Below, in pieces: positions 19,472-27,681 of a stretch of 32,000 nucleotides of DNA; the first letter of the stretch is position 1, and every line of letters starts with the position of its first letter. The notes beneath the pieces are model-generated. The model did no database searches and was not told the origin of the DNA. It worked only from the letters and a program-made list of their open reading frames with translations. The stretch lies in the NCBI RefSeq assembly GCF_043950625.1, contig NZ_CP171007.1; one strand, written 5' to 3'. A program made the position numbers and the translations under genes. Source of the stretch: Alkanindiges sp. WGS2144 (GTDB taxonomy: Bacteria > Pseudomonadota > Gammaproteobacteria > Pseudomonadales > Moraxellaceae).

Positions 19472-19936
19472 ATGCGCGGCGATCCTGAAGTGATTAGTTA
19501 TCTCAATATGCTGATTGGCGGTGAACTGGCAGCACGTGACCAATATTTAATTCATTCCCGCATGTACGAAGACTGGGGTTTTCCCAAACTGTATGAGCGG
19601 CTAAATCATGAGTCAGAAGAAGAGGGCGGGCATGCTGATTCATTAATCCGGCGGGTACTGTTTCTGGATGGCACACCTGATATGTCGCGTGATGTGCTCA
19701 ATATTGGCACGGATGTAGTGTCCTGTCTGGAGGCAGACCTTGCCCTTGAGTACAAGGTGCGTATTGATCTGGCCAAAGGCGTTCAGCTGTGCGAGGCCAA
19801 AGGCGACTATGTTAGCCGTGACCTGCTACGCGCTCAAATGGCTGATACAGAAGAAGACCACACCTATTGGCTGGAAAAACAGCTTGGCCTGATCAAGAAA
19901 ATTGGCTTGCCCAACTATTTGCAGTCGCAAATGTAG
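19472..19936 (+). CDS. bfr: Bacterioferritin-family protein lacking the heme-ligand Met52 (ferritin-like Bfr paralog)
   Basis: [37 protein letters not shown]...[11 protein letters not shown] aligns residue-for-residue with E. coli Bfr. The ferroxidase ligands E18, E51, H54, E94-equivalent, E127 and H130 are conserved. Position 52 is Gly instead of Met. A GAAGGAG Shine-Dalgarno is present. Confidence 0.9.
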   Translation: MRGDPEVISYLNMLIGGELAARDQYLIHSRMYEDWGFPKLYERLNHESEEEGGHADSLIRRVLFLDGTPDMSRDVLNIGTDVVSCLEADLALEYKVRIDLAKGVQLCEAKGDYVSRDLLRAQMADTEEDHTYWLEKQLGLIKKIGLPNYLQSQM

Positions 19937-19960
19937 AAATAGCTGGCCATTAAACAATAT

Positions 19961-19991
19961 AAAAGCCCGACTGAACCAGAGTCGGGCTTTT
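19961..19991. terminator. Bidirectional intrinsic terminator (bfr / rluB)
   Basis: AAAAGCCCGACT (19961..19972) pairs with AGTCGGGCTTTT (19980..19991) around a 7-nt loop. The A-run and T-run flanks let it work on both strands. Confidence 0.8.
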
Positions 19992-20055
19992 GTGTTTCTT
20001 ACTACAAAGTAAAGCGCTGACAGATATCAACACGCTAAACTATCGCTTTTAACCA

Positions 20056-20916
20056 TTAATATTTGGAAGTATCGCGCTTTTGCTGGCGTAAATAACCACC
20101 GCGACGTGCAGGTAAAGGATTTTCTGCCTGCCGTTCAGCCCGGCGTTTAGCCATACCATACAAGCCTGTACCAATACGTGGTTTTAGCTCAACCGATTTG
20201 ACCAGATTGTCAATATCGTGCTTGTCCAGTTCTACCCAGCGTCCGGTACGCAGCTCACGTGGCAAAATGACAGAACCATAGCGGGTACGTAGCAGGCGGC
20301 TGACTTTTAAGCCCTGTGATTCGAACAGGCGGCGTACCTCGCGGTTACGGCCTTCTTTGACTACTACCTGATACCAGCGGTTAATGCCTTCGCCACCAAT
20401 TTCGCTAAATGACTCAAACTTGGCTGGGCCATCTTCCAGCTCAACCCCGGCCAGTAATTGCTTGCGTGCCTCGGGAGTGACCTCGCCCATCACGCGTACT
20501 GCATATTCACGCTCTACCTCATTGGAAGGGTGCATTAGGCGATTAGCCAGCTCACCATCATTGGTAAACAGTAGTAAACCGGTACTGTTAATGTCCAGAC
20601 GACCCACCATGACCCAGCGGTCATTGGCAATCTGTGGCAGTTGCTCAAATACGGTCGGGCGGCCTTCCGGATCGTTACGTGAACAAATCTCACCTTCCGG
20701 CTTGTAGTAGACCAGTACACGGCGACGCACTTCATCTTCCAGTTGGAACTGTACTTTACGGCCATCTATACGCAGCTCATCACCCGGTTCAATACGCTCA
20801 CCCACCTGGGCAATGCGGCCATTGACGCTTACCCGTCCGGCAGCAATCACTTCTTCCATATAGCGGCGTGAACCCAGGCCAACTCTGGCCAGCACTTTTT
20901 GTAACTTTTCGCTCAT
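20056..20916 (-). CDS. rluB: 23S rRNA pseudouridine synthase RluB
   Basis: S4 domain (EKLQKVLARVGLGSRRYMEEVIAAGRVSVNG), catalytic motif GRLDINSTGLLLFTNDG, and a basic C-terminal tail. The first ATG is at 20916; the ORF-track start at 20925 is TTG. Confidence 0.92.
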   Translation of the reverse strand: MSEKLQKVLARVGLGSRRYMEEVIAAGRVSVNGRIAQVGERIEPGDELRIDGRKVQFQLEDEVRRRVLVYYKPEGEICSRNDPEGRPTVFEQLPQIANDRWVMVGRLDINSTGLLLFTNDGELANRLMHPSNEVEREYAVRVMGEVTPEARKQLLAGVELEDGPAKFESFSEIGGEGINRWYQVVVKEGRNREVRRLFESQGLKVSRLLRTRYGSVILPRELRTGRWVELDKHDIDNLVKSVELKPRIGTGLYGMAKRRAERQAENPLPARRGGYLRQQKRDTSKY

Positions 20917-20948
20917 AATATACAACCTTAATAAAAAAACTGCCTGAC

Positions 20949-21554
20949 TTACGCTGGTGCATCGGTCTGCTGCGCTGATAACAAGCTGTCCTCAAACGCA
21001 GTCAGCACTTCCCTGACATCTTCTAGCGGCGGTAAGGCTTTTAATGACACGAGGCCAAAAGCATTTAAAAACTGTTTTGTGGTTACCAGGAGGGCTGGCC
21101 GCCCGGCAACTTCACGAAAACCTGATTCGGTAATCCATTGGCGATCAAACAGGGTTCTTAAAATCTGACTATTTACCGATACCCCACGAATCTGCTCGAT
21201 ATCCGCCCGGGTCACCGGCTGATGGTAGGCAATCACTGCCAGTGTTTCCAACAGGGCACTGGATAACCTGAGTGGTCGTTCCGGCCATAGCTGGGCAATC
21301 AGGCCACTGTATTGCTCGCGTACCTGAAAGCGATAGCCCTGTGCGGTTTCTACCAGTTCAACAGCACGATCATTTTGTCGTGCGGCCAGTGTTTCCAGCC
21401 ATTGTTTGACCTTTGTGGTGCTAACCTCATCATCAAACGACTGTTTAAGCGTAGACAGGCTAACCGGCCCTTCACTGGCAAAAATAATGGCTTCTAGCCG
21501 CAATAAGGCAGCTTCTGACAGGTTTGTGGGTGGATGAGGCATATCAGGCAGCAT
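20949..21554 (-). CDS. scpB: Segregation and condensation protein B (ScpB)
   Basis: LEAIIFASEGPVSLSTL..., GYRFQV and LETLAVIAYHQPVTRADIEQIRGV are typical ScpB wHTH repeats. The start is ambiguous (TTG 21560, ATG 21554, ATG 21542), and all three options abut or overlap the scpA stop. Confidence 0.88.
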   Translation of the reverse strand: MLPDMPHPPTNLSEAALLRLEAIIFASEGPVSLSTLKQSFDDEVSTTKVKQWLETLAARQNDRAVELVETAQGYRFQVREQYSGLIAQLWPERPLRLSSALLETLAVIAYHQPVTRADIEQIRGVSVNSQILRTLFDRQWITESGFREVAGRPALLVTTKQFLNAFGLVSLKALPPLEDVREVLTAFEDSLLSAQQTDAPA

Positions 21555-22365
21555 GACCAAGTCGCCCTTCTACAGCCAGCGGTTGTTGCAGGCCGTTGGA
21601 AATAATACCCAGCTCACCCTGACGCACCAGCTCCAGCACTGCCATAAAGGTCACCACAATACCCATATGCCCCTGAGCCGGATTGAGCAGGCGATCAAAG
21701 CTAATAGGCTGACCGGTATTGATCTGGCTACGAATAAACGCAATGCGTTCTTCCAGTTGTACAGCTTCCACAGCAATCTGGTGCGATTGCAAGCGGGGCC
21801 TGGCAAGCAGGATCTGCATGGCTTGCAGTAACAGACCTGCCTCAAAGCATTCTTCACCTGTGTTCAGCACGATGCCAGTGCTGGCATGAGCCTCAAATAC
21901 ATCGCGCTCCAGTACCGCGCGGGCATTAAGACCAGTTGCTGCTTGCTTAATTTGTGCATATTGCTGCAAGCGTGCTAACAAGTCCTGACGCGGGTCTTCT
22001 TCTGGTTTGTCAATTTGTGGTTTAGGCAGTAACAGGCGCGACTTGATATCAGCCAAAGACGCTGCCATGACCAGATAATCAGCAGCCAGCTCAATGTTGA
22101 GCGCCTTCATTCCTTCAATATAATGCAGGTACTGGGTGGCAATTGGGGCAATATCCAGCTCTACCAGATTAAGCCCATTTTTGTGCACCAGATACAATAA
22201 AAAATCTAGGGGGCCTTCAAAATGTTCCAGTAAAATCTGGAAAGCCTTGGGGGGAATGTACAAATCATCGGGGATTTGTGAAAACCATTCATCATGCATA
22301 CGGGCAATACTATGCCCATCTGGCGCCGCACCGGAGGCTGGCGTATAGGGGTATAACTGGTTCAT
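21544..22365 (-). CDS. scpA: Segregation and condensation protein A (ScpA kleisin)
   Basis: FEGPLDFLLYLVHKNGLNLVELDIAPIATQYLHYI is the ScpA N-terminal signature. The first ATG is at 22365; the ORF-track start at 22392 is TTG. Confidence 0.88.
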   Translation of the reverse strand: MNQLYPYTPASGAAPDGHSIARMHDEWFSQIPDDLYIPPKAFQILLEHFEGPLDFLLYLVHKNGLNLVELDIAPIATQYLHYIEGMKALNIELAADYLVMAASLADIKSRLLLPKPQIDKPEEDPRQDLLARLQQYAQIKQAATGLNARAVLERDVFEAHASTGIVLNTGEECFEAGLLLQAMQILLARPRLQSHQIAVEAVQLEERIAFIRSQINTGQPISFDRLLNPAQGHMGIVVTFMAVLELVRQGELGIISNGLQQPLAVEGRLGHAA

Positions 22366-22643
22366 TGTTTTTAAGCCACGCGAATTATACAAAAAGCATG
22401 ATAAGTTCAGTCATATCCTGAAAAATAAACTTCAGGCGTTATTTCAGTAAGCACCATTCCAGTTTTAAAAGCTGACTCAGAAATGGTGCGACAGTGTGTA
22501 AGCACTTTTTATGCCATTTTTCTATATTAAAACGAAAAGACGACATTTAGTTACTAGACTAGATAATTGTACAGCAAATTTTTAGCAAAAGTGTGAACGT
22601 TAAGTCAGTTTTTTATCTATTTAGAGGCGAGTTATAGACAGTA

Positions 22644-22680
22644 CAGGCTTACTTTGCTGCTCTTCCTTAAAGTAAGCCTG
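22644..22680 (-). terminator. 12-bp-stem hairpin 30 nt downstream of yciO (no U-tract)
   Basis: CAGGCTTACTTT (22644..22655) pairs with AAAGTAAGCCTG (22669..22680) around a 13-nt loop. No T-run follows on the minus strand. Confidence 0.4.
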
Positions 22681-22709
22681 CGATAATAGATTGCAAATAA
22701 TGAGAATAG

Positions 22710-23327
22710 TTATGCGAATGCACTGGTGTCGCCTGCTCCCTGGCGTACGATCGCTGGATAATCGCCAGACAGATCAATAATACTGGTAACAGCACGGGTG
22801 GCAATGCCTCCATCAATCAGTATATCAATTTGTTTGGCTAGCTGCATTTCAATGTCGTAGGGATCATCCATAGGCAATTCCTGACCCGGCAAAATGAGCG
22901 TACTAGTTAGCAGTGGTTCGTTTAATTCCTCCAATAATGCCTGGCAAATAGGATTGGTCGGAATACGAATGCCAATAGTCTTTTTCTTGGGGTGCATCAG
23001 GCGACGGGGAACTTCACTGGTAGCGGGTAAAATAAAAGTACAAATACTGGGTGTATTGGCTTTAAGCAGCCGGTACATGCTGTTATCCACCTTGGCGTAG
23101 GTGGCAATATCTGACAGATCACGACACAAAATGGCATATTGATGCTGTGGCGGCAGGCGGCGAATCTGGCTGATTTTTTCCATGGCGCCTTTGTCACCAA
23201 TATGACAGCCGATGGCATAACAGGCATCAGTCGGGTAAACCACAATATCGCCAGCCCTGATACGGTCAACTGCCTGACGGATTAAGCGGGGTTGTGGAGA
23301 TTCGGGATGAATATGTAAATGCAGCAT
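22710..23327 (-). CDS. yciO: YciO-family protein (YrdC/Sua5 fold, threonylcarbamoyl-AMP-synthase-like)
   Basis: HIHPESPQPRLIRQAVDRIRAGDIVVYPTDACYAIGC...NTPSICTFILPATSEVPRRL...KKTIGIRIP is collinear with E. coli YciO (about 206 aa). A strong AAAGGAAGGA Shine-Dalgarno is present. Confidence 0.9.
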   Translation of the reverse strand: MLHLHIHPESPQPRLIRQAVDRIRAGDIVVYPTDACYAIGCHIGDKGAMEKISQIRRLPPQHQYAILCRDLSDIATYAKVDNSMYRLLKANTPSICTFILPATSEVPRRLMHPKKKTIGIRIPTNPICQALLEELNEPLLTSTLILPGQELPMDDPYDIEMQLAKQIDILIDGGIATRAVTSIIDLSGDYPAIVRQGAGDTSAFA

Positions 23328-23532
23328 GATTTCCTTCCTTTAGCCAGATGAAGCACAGGTGATATTAAAGTTGCATTTATCAACCGATTAGCAAGCTTAA
23401 AACAGTCTAGGGGATTTGCGCGGTAGACTATTTAACAAAATGTAATTGAGAAGCTGTGCAAAAGCCAGGCAGGCACAAGGCGTCACGTATCAACCAATAG
23501 TGATCCGGTTTTTATCAACAAGGATTAATCAA

Positions 23533-24159
23533 TTATAAATCAGCTCTTGCAAACTCTTTGATATTTAGAGGATGCGCAGGGCGTATGGCACATAATAAGG
23601 CATATAAAAAATGCCGGGCATCCGGTGGAATAACGGCCTGACCAGACAACAAAGCCTGTACCCGGGCATAGACGTGATCCTTAAACCCATTACCTGTGCC
23701 TGCCTGACCATTCAAGTTGTCCAGCGATACCTGGAACCTGCGCTGGCAGGCTTGGCTAAATAACCATTCCAGTGCCTGTGGTTTGATTTCCACCTGCTCA
23801 AACAAGGCCTGCTGCTCAGCATTACGGCCATCGGGTGCATACCAGTAACCCAGATCCGGTAACTTGCGTCGCTCAGTGCCAGCAATGCACCAGTGGCTAA
23901 TTTCATGCAGGGCACTAGCAAAATAACCATGGGCAAATACAATGCGGGCAGGCTGACCGTTCTGGGCAGGAAAATATTCTGGCTCATGTTCGCCGCGCTC
24001 AAGAACCACCTCATGATGGGCAAACCAGACATTAAAATGTGTAATCAGCCAGTCAACCTGTACAGATTCTGCTGCATCGGCAGGCCATGGATACAGGGTA
24101 TGACACAACCATGCCGGGTCTGTTGGCAAAAGTACAGGGAAGGCAGCTAAGGCGGGCAT
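23533..24159 (-). CDS. epmC: Elongation factor P hydroxylase EpmC (YfcM)
   Basis: EPEYFPA...RIVFAHGYFASALHEISHWCIAGTERRKLPDLGYWYAPDGRNAEQQALFEQVEIKPQALEWLF matches E. coli YfcM closely. The first ATG is at 24159. The ORF stays open up to a GTG at 24249, so the start is uncertain. Confidence 0.85.
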   Translation of the reverse strand: MPALAAFPVLLPTDPAWLCHTLYPWPADAAESVQVDWLITHFNVWFAHHEVVLERGEHEPEYFPAQNGQPARIVFAHGYFASALHEISHWCIAGTERRKLPDLGYWYAPDGRNAEQQALFEQVEIKPQALEWLFSQACQRRFQVSLDNLNGQAGTGNGFKDHVYARVQALLSGQAVIPPDARHFLYALLCAIRPAHPLNIKEFARADL

Positions 24160-24309
24160 CAACAAACAACCTAAATAAAACCAACTGATTGGCAAATACA
24201 AAAGATGGGCAAGCAGGTAAAATAAACGGGCAAGTCTGATCGCAAGCACAGTAAGTTTCTAATACACTATCAAAATTTGCCAATAACAGGTAAAATACTA
24301 TCTTATTCT

Positions 24310-24338
24310 TTGACAGTGCTTGCACAACTTTGTAGAAT
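24310..24338 (+). promoter_or_regulatory. Candidate sigma70 promoter for yceD-rpmF (TTGACA-17 bp-TAGAAT)
   Basis: A consensus -35 TTGACA lies at 24310..24315 and a -10 TAGAAT at 24333..24338, with an exact 17-bp spacer. It is only 12 nt upstream of the yceD ATG. Confidence 0.5.
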
Positions 24339-24350
24339 TGCCGCCCTATT

Positions 24351-24920
24351 ATGTCAGCAAATCATCTTTCGTCCCAGTTACCGACTCATATTGAGCCGTT
24401 TAAATGGGCAGAGCAAGGCTTTAACTGGTCAGGCCGGGTACCACTTGATCGGTTTTCCCGCATTGCCAGTGAAACATGTGCATCAGCTGACTCATCTGAT
24501 GTGCAAGTTGATGTTCGCTTGTCCATGGATGAGTATCAGCGCATTGCCTGGCTGGATGCGACACTGGCCGCGACAGTAACCATGACCTGCCAGCGGTGTC
24601 TGGAGCCGGTTGATCTACCGGTATCTACTCAGGTTCATCTGGCGCTGCTAATGAATGAAAATCAGGTTGAGCGCCTGGACGAAGATGCTGATTTTGTCAT
24701 TCTGGGCGAAGAACAGACAACACATGACACCGAAGATGTCCATGTGATTGATCTGATTGAGCTGCTGGAAGACGAACTACTGCTTTCGATGCCCATTTCG
24801 CCGCGGCATGAGTCGTGTGAAAATCTGCATCAGCCCGTAGTGGAAGATGAACCGGAAACCGAGAAACGTGACAATCCGTTTGAGGTGCTGGCCAGTCTAA
24901 AAGGTAAATTGAATTCCTGA
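24351..24920 (+). CDS. yceD: YceD / DUF177 large-ribosomal-subunit accumulation protein
   Basis: It aligns with E. coli YceD (LPTHIEPFKWAEQG..., CQRCLEPV, acidic tail ending NPFEVLASLKGKL). Its position immediately upstream of rpmF is the conserved one. Confidence 0.9.
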   Translation: MSANHLSSQLPTHIEPFKWAEQGFNWSGRVPLDRFSRIASETCASADSSDVQVDVRLSMDEYQRIAWLDATLAATVTMTCQRCLEPVDLPVSTQVHLALLMNENQVERLDEDADFVILGEEQTTHDTEDVHVIDLIELLEDELLLSMPISPRHESCENLHQPVVEDEPETEKRDNPFEVLASLKGKLNS

Positions 24921-24987
24921 TTTTTGGGAGTTCAACACAGATTAATTTATTGTCCGATCTATTTGATCATTTGTTAAGGAGCCTCTC

Positions 24988-25173
24988 ATGGCCGTTCAGC
25001 AAAACCGTAAAAGCCGCGCTCGCCGTGACATGCGCCGTTCACACGATGCCCTGGTTGTAAATGCGTTATCCGTTGATAAAACCACTGGTGAAACTCACCT
25101 GCGTCACCACGTGACCAAAGACGGTTTTTATCGTGGCCGTCAACTGTTTGCTACACCAGCAACAGCTGAATAA
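24988..25173 (+). CDS. rpmF: 50S ribosomal protein L32
   Basis: [22 protein letters not shown] is the L32 signature. An AAGGAG Shine-Dalgarno is present. Confidence 0.97.
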   Translation: MAVQQNRKSRARRDMRRSHDALVVNALSVDKTTGETHLRHHVTKDGFYRGRQLFATPATAE

Positions 25174-25234
25174 TCGTTGCCGTTTATGGGCACACAAGGA
25201 ATCTGCTATTGTGTGACATAGCGAACAACCCAAG

Positions 25235-25258
25235 TGGGAGCTTAGGCTCCCATTTTTT
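25235..25258 (+). terminator. Intrinsic terminator after rpmF
   Basis: TGGGAGC (25235..25241) pairs with GCTCCCA (25246..25252) around a 4-nt loop and is followed by TTTTTT. Confidence 0.8.
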
Positions 25259-25400
25259 ATTGAACAAAAAATCTGATTAGTGCCTTGATTTAGTCAGGTG
25301 TTGACCGGGGCACAAAAAGGCAACAACTGGTCTGGCAAGTCATCAATCGCCTGACCGATTACTGATAGAACAAGCGCATAAAATCAGCAAGGTATTTGCA

Positions 25401-26384
25401 ATGACAGTTTCTGCTCCTGTGACTTCGCTTGAAGGACACACTGCATTTTTATTTCCAGGTCAGGGCTCACAAAAAGCGGGCATGCTGGCCGAGCTGGCCG
25501 AGCAGTTTGCATTGATTCGCCAGACCTTTAACGAAAGTAGTGACGCGCTGGGTTTTGATGTCTGGCAGATTGCCCAAAGCGGGGAACGACTGGATCAGAC
25601 AGCTTATACGCAGCCAGTCCTGTTGACGGCCAGTATTGCTATCTGGCGAGTCTGGCAGGAGCTGGGTGGGGCAATGCCGGTGGTGCTGGCTGGTCATTCG
25701 CTGGGAGAATACAGTGCGCTGGTGGCAGCAGGCAGCCTTAGTCTGGAAGATGCCGTCAAACTGGTGCATTTGCGTGGCCAACTCATGCAAGGTGCAGTGC
25801 CAGAAGGTGAAGGTGCCATGGCGGCGCTGCTAGGCAAAACCGATGCTGAGATTGAAGCACTTTGTGCACAGGTTGCTCAGCAAACGGGAGAGATTGTGGA
25901 AGCTGCCAATTACAATGCCAGTGGTCAGGTAGTAATTGCCGGAACAAAAGCAGCGGTTGGTGAAGCCATTGCCCAGGCTAAAGTGCAAGGTGCCAAAGCT
26001 ATTGTCTTGCCAGTGAGTGTGCCATCGCATTGTGCCCTGATGCAGCCTGCTGCTGAACAGCTGGCACAGGTTTTGGAGCAGACCCGGTTTAATGCCCCGG
26101 AAATTGCTGTGGTGCAGAACGTCAATGCCCGTATCGAAGCAGATATTGACCACATAAAAAGTGCCCTGATTCATCAATTGTATCGTCCGGTACGCTGGAC
26201 TCAGAGCATGGATGCCTTGTGCAGTCTGGGTGTAGAGTATGTGGTAGAGTGTGGTTCAGGCAATGTACTGGCGAATCTGGCCAAACGCCTGCCGGCTATT
26301 GAAGCTGCTTACCCGACGGATACCAGAACGCGTCTGGATGATGCCTTAAGTGCAATTGCCCTGGCTGAAGGAAAACTGGCATAA
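25401..26384 (+). CDS. fabD: Malonyl-CoA:ACP transacylase FabD
   Basis: FLFPGQGSQ, the active-site motif GHSLGEYSALVAAG, and SVPSHCALM. Confidence 0.95.
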   Translation: MTVSAPVTSLEGHTAFLFPGQGSQKAGMLAELAEQFALIRQTFNESSDALGFDVWQIAQSGERLDQTAYTQPVLLTASIAIWRVWQELGGAMPVVLAGHSLGEYSALVAAGSLSLEDAVKLVHLRGQLMQGAVPEGEGAMAALLGKTDAEIEALCAQVAQQTGEIVEAANYNASGQVVIAGTKAAVGEAIAQAKVQGAKAIVLPVSVPSHCALMQPAAEQLAQVLEQTRFNAPEIAVVQNVNARIEADIDHIKSALIHQLYRPVRWTQSMDALCSLGVEYVVECGSGNVLANLAKRLPAIEAAYPTDTRTRLDDALSAIALAEGKLA

Positions 26385-26394
26385 GGAAAACGAC

Positions 26395-27132
26395 ATGCAA
26401 GCAAACAATAAAAAAATAGCCCTGGTCACGGGCGCCAGTCGTGGGATTGGTGCAGCGATTGCGCAGCAGCTATTACGGGATGGTTTTTTTGTGGTGGGGA
26501 CTGCCACCTCAGAACAGGGGGCAGCACAAATCAGCCAAAAACTGGCAGGTCATGGTGCTGGTCTGGTGTTGGATGTACGGAATGTCCAGGCCATTGATCA
26601 GGTCATGGCACAGATTGAACAACACTATGGCAGTGTCAGCGTACTGGTTAATAATGCTGGAATTACCCGTGATAACCTGTTGCTACGCATGAGTGAAGAC
26701 GACTGGAATGATATAGTGGCTGTGCACTTAAATGCTGTATTTTATCTGGTGAAACGGGTATTACGCGGCATGACCAAGGCACGCTTTGGCCGGATCATTA
26801 ATATCAGTTCGGTGGTGGCCCAGATGGGCAATGCCGGGCAAGCCAACTATGCAGCCGCCAAAGCCGGTATAGAAGGTTTTAGCCGCAGTCTGGCCCTGGA
26901 AATGGGTAGCCGTAATATTACGGTAAATTGCGTGGCACCCGGTTTTATTGCTACCGATATGACCGAACAGCTTAGGACGGAAGCACGTGAACAGATGCTG
27001 GCACAGATTGCTGTCAAGCGTTTGGGCACTCCAGAAGATATTGCCTATGCAGTGAGTTTTCTGGCAGGTGAAAACTCTGGTTACATAACGGGTACGGTTT
27101 TGCCCGTCAATGGCGGCCTATATCTGCACTAA
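26395..27132 (+). CDS. fabG: 3-oxoacyl-ACP reductase FabG
   Basis: KIALVTGASRGIGAAIA, NNAGITRDNLLLRM, the YAAAKAG (YxxxK) motif and NCVAPGFIATDM. The ATG at 26395 has an AAGGAAAA Shine-Dalgarno. The ORF-track start at 26350 overlaps fabD. Confidence 0.95.
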   Translation: MQANNKKIALVTGASRGIGAAIAQQLLRDGFFVVGTATSEQGAAQISQKLAGHGAGLVLDVRNVQAIDQVMAQIEQHYGSVSVLVNNAGITRDNLLLRMSEDDWNDIVAVHLNAVFYLVKRVLRGMTKARFGRIINISSVVAQMGNAGQANYAAAKAGIEGFSRSLALEMGSRNITVNCVAPGFIATDMTEQLRTEAREQMLAQIAVKRLGTPEDIAYAVSFLAGENSGYITGTVLPVNGGLYLH

Positions 27133-27220
27133 AAGTCATTTTGGTTCTTTGTAATTGTCCCGGTTTAGTCTACACTAGGCCAGTAAATTTAATAACGCCA
27201 CATGCATGAGGAGAATTCCT

Positions 27221-27463
27221 GTGAGCGATATCGAACAACGCATTAAAAAAGCTGTCGCCGAGCAGCTCGGTATGCGTGCTGAAGACATCAAGAATGAAGC
27301 ATCTTTTATGGACGATCTAGGTGCAGATTCACTGGATCTGGTAGAGCTGGTCATGTCATTTGAAAATGACTTTGGCATTACTATTCCGGATGAAGACTCC
27401 AATGCGATCACCACTGTACAGTCAGCCATTGACTATGTCAGTGCCAAAGTGGGTGAGGCTTGA
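27221..27463 (+). CDS. acpP: Acyl carrier protein
   Basis: (V->M)[16 protein letters not shown]...[14 protein letters not shown] carries the DSL phosphopantetheine site. The GTG at 27221 has a GAGGAG Shine-Dalgarno 6 nt upstream and gives the standard ACP N-terminus. Confidence 0.95.
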   Translation: MSDIEQRIKKAVAEQLGMRAEDIKNEASFMDDLGADSLDLVELVMSFENDFGITIPDEDSNAITTVQSAIDYVSAKVGEA

Positions 27464-27484
27464 TCCTGTCCGGATTGGTCTGTT

Positions 27485-27511
27485 AAAAAACCGCGCTAGT
27501 CGCGGTTTTTT
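27485..27511 (+). terminator. Intrinsic terminator after acpP
   Basis: AAAAAACCGCG, a CTAGT loop, then CGCGGTTTTTT. A GC core is flanked by A-run and T-run. Confidence 0.85.
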
Positions 27512-27681
27512 AGTGCCCTGTATCATGTACTCAAATGTACTGATGTAAACGAATAGCAGAACGACTACAACGCGAAGCAAACAAATCACCATTCCCAAAA
27601 GCCTTACCCTGATTATTCATGAATTTGCCCTGTCCGGTTTTTATAGACCGATGGGCATGTCACAATATGGAGAATAAGCAC

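Noticed and set aside
24277-24579. 100-aa plus-strand ORF overlapping the yceD start
   Set aside because: It is out of frame with yceD, which has clear homology to E. coli YceD. The ORF starts inside the promoter region.
27525-27548. Short direct repeats ATGTACT / ATGTACT / ATGTA after the acpP terminator
   Set aside because: The units are only 7 bp, in non-coding AT-rich DNA, with no associated gene start or structure. This is compatible with chance.
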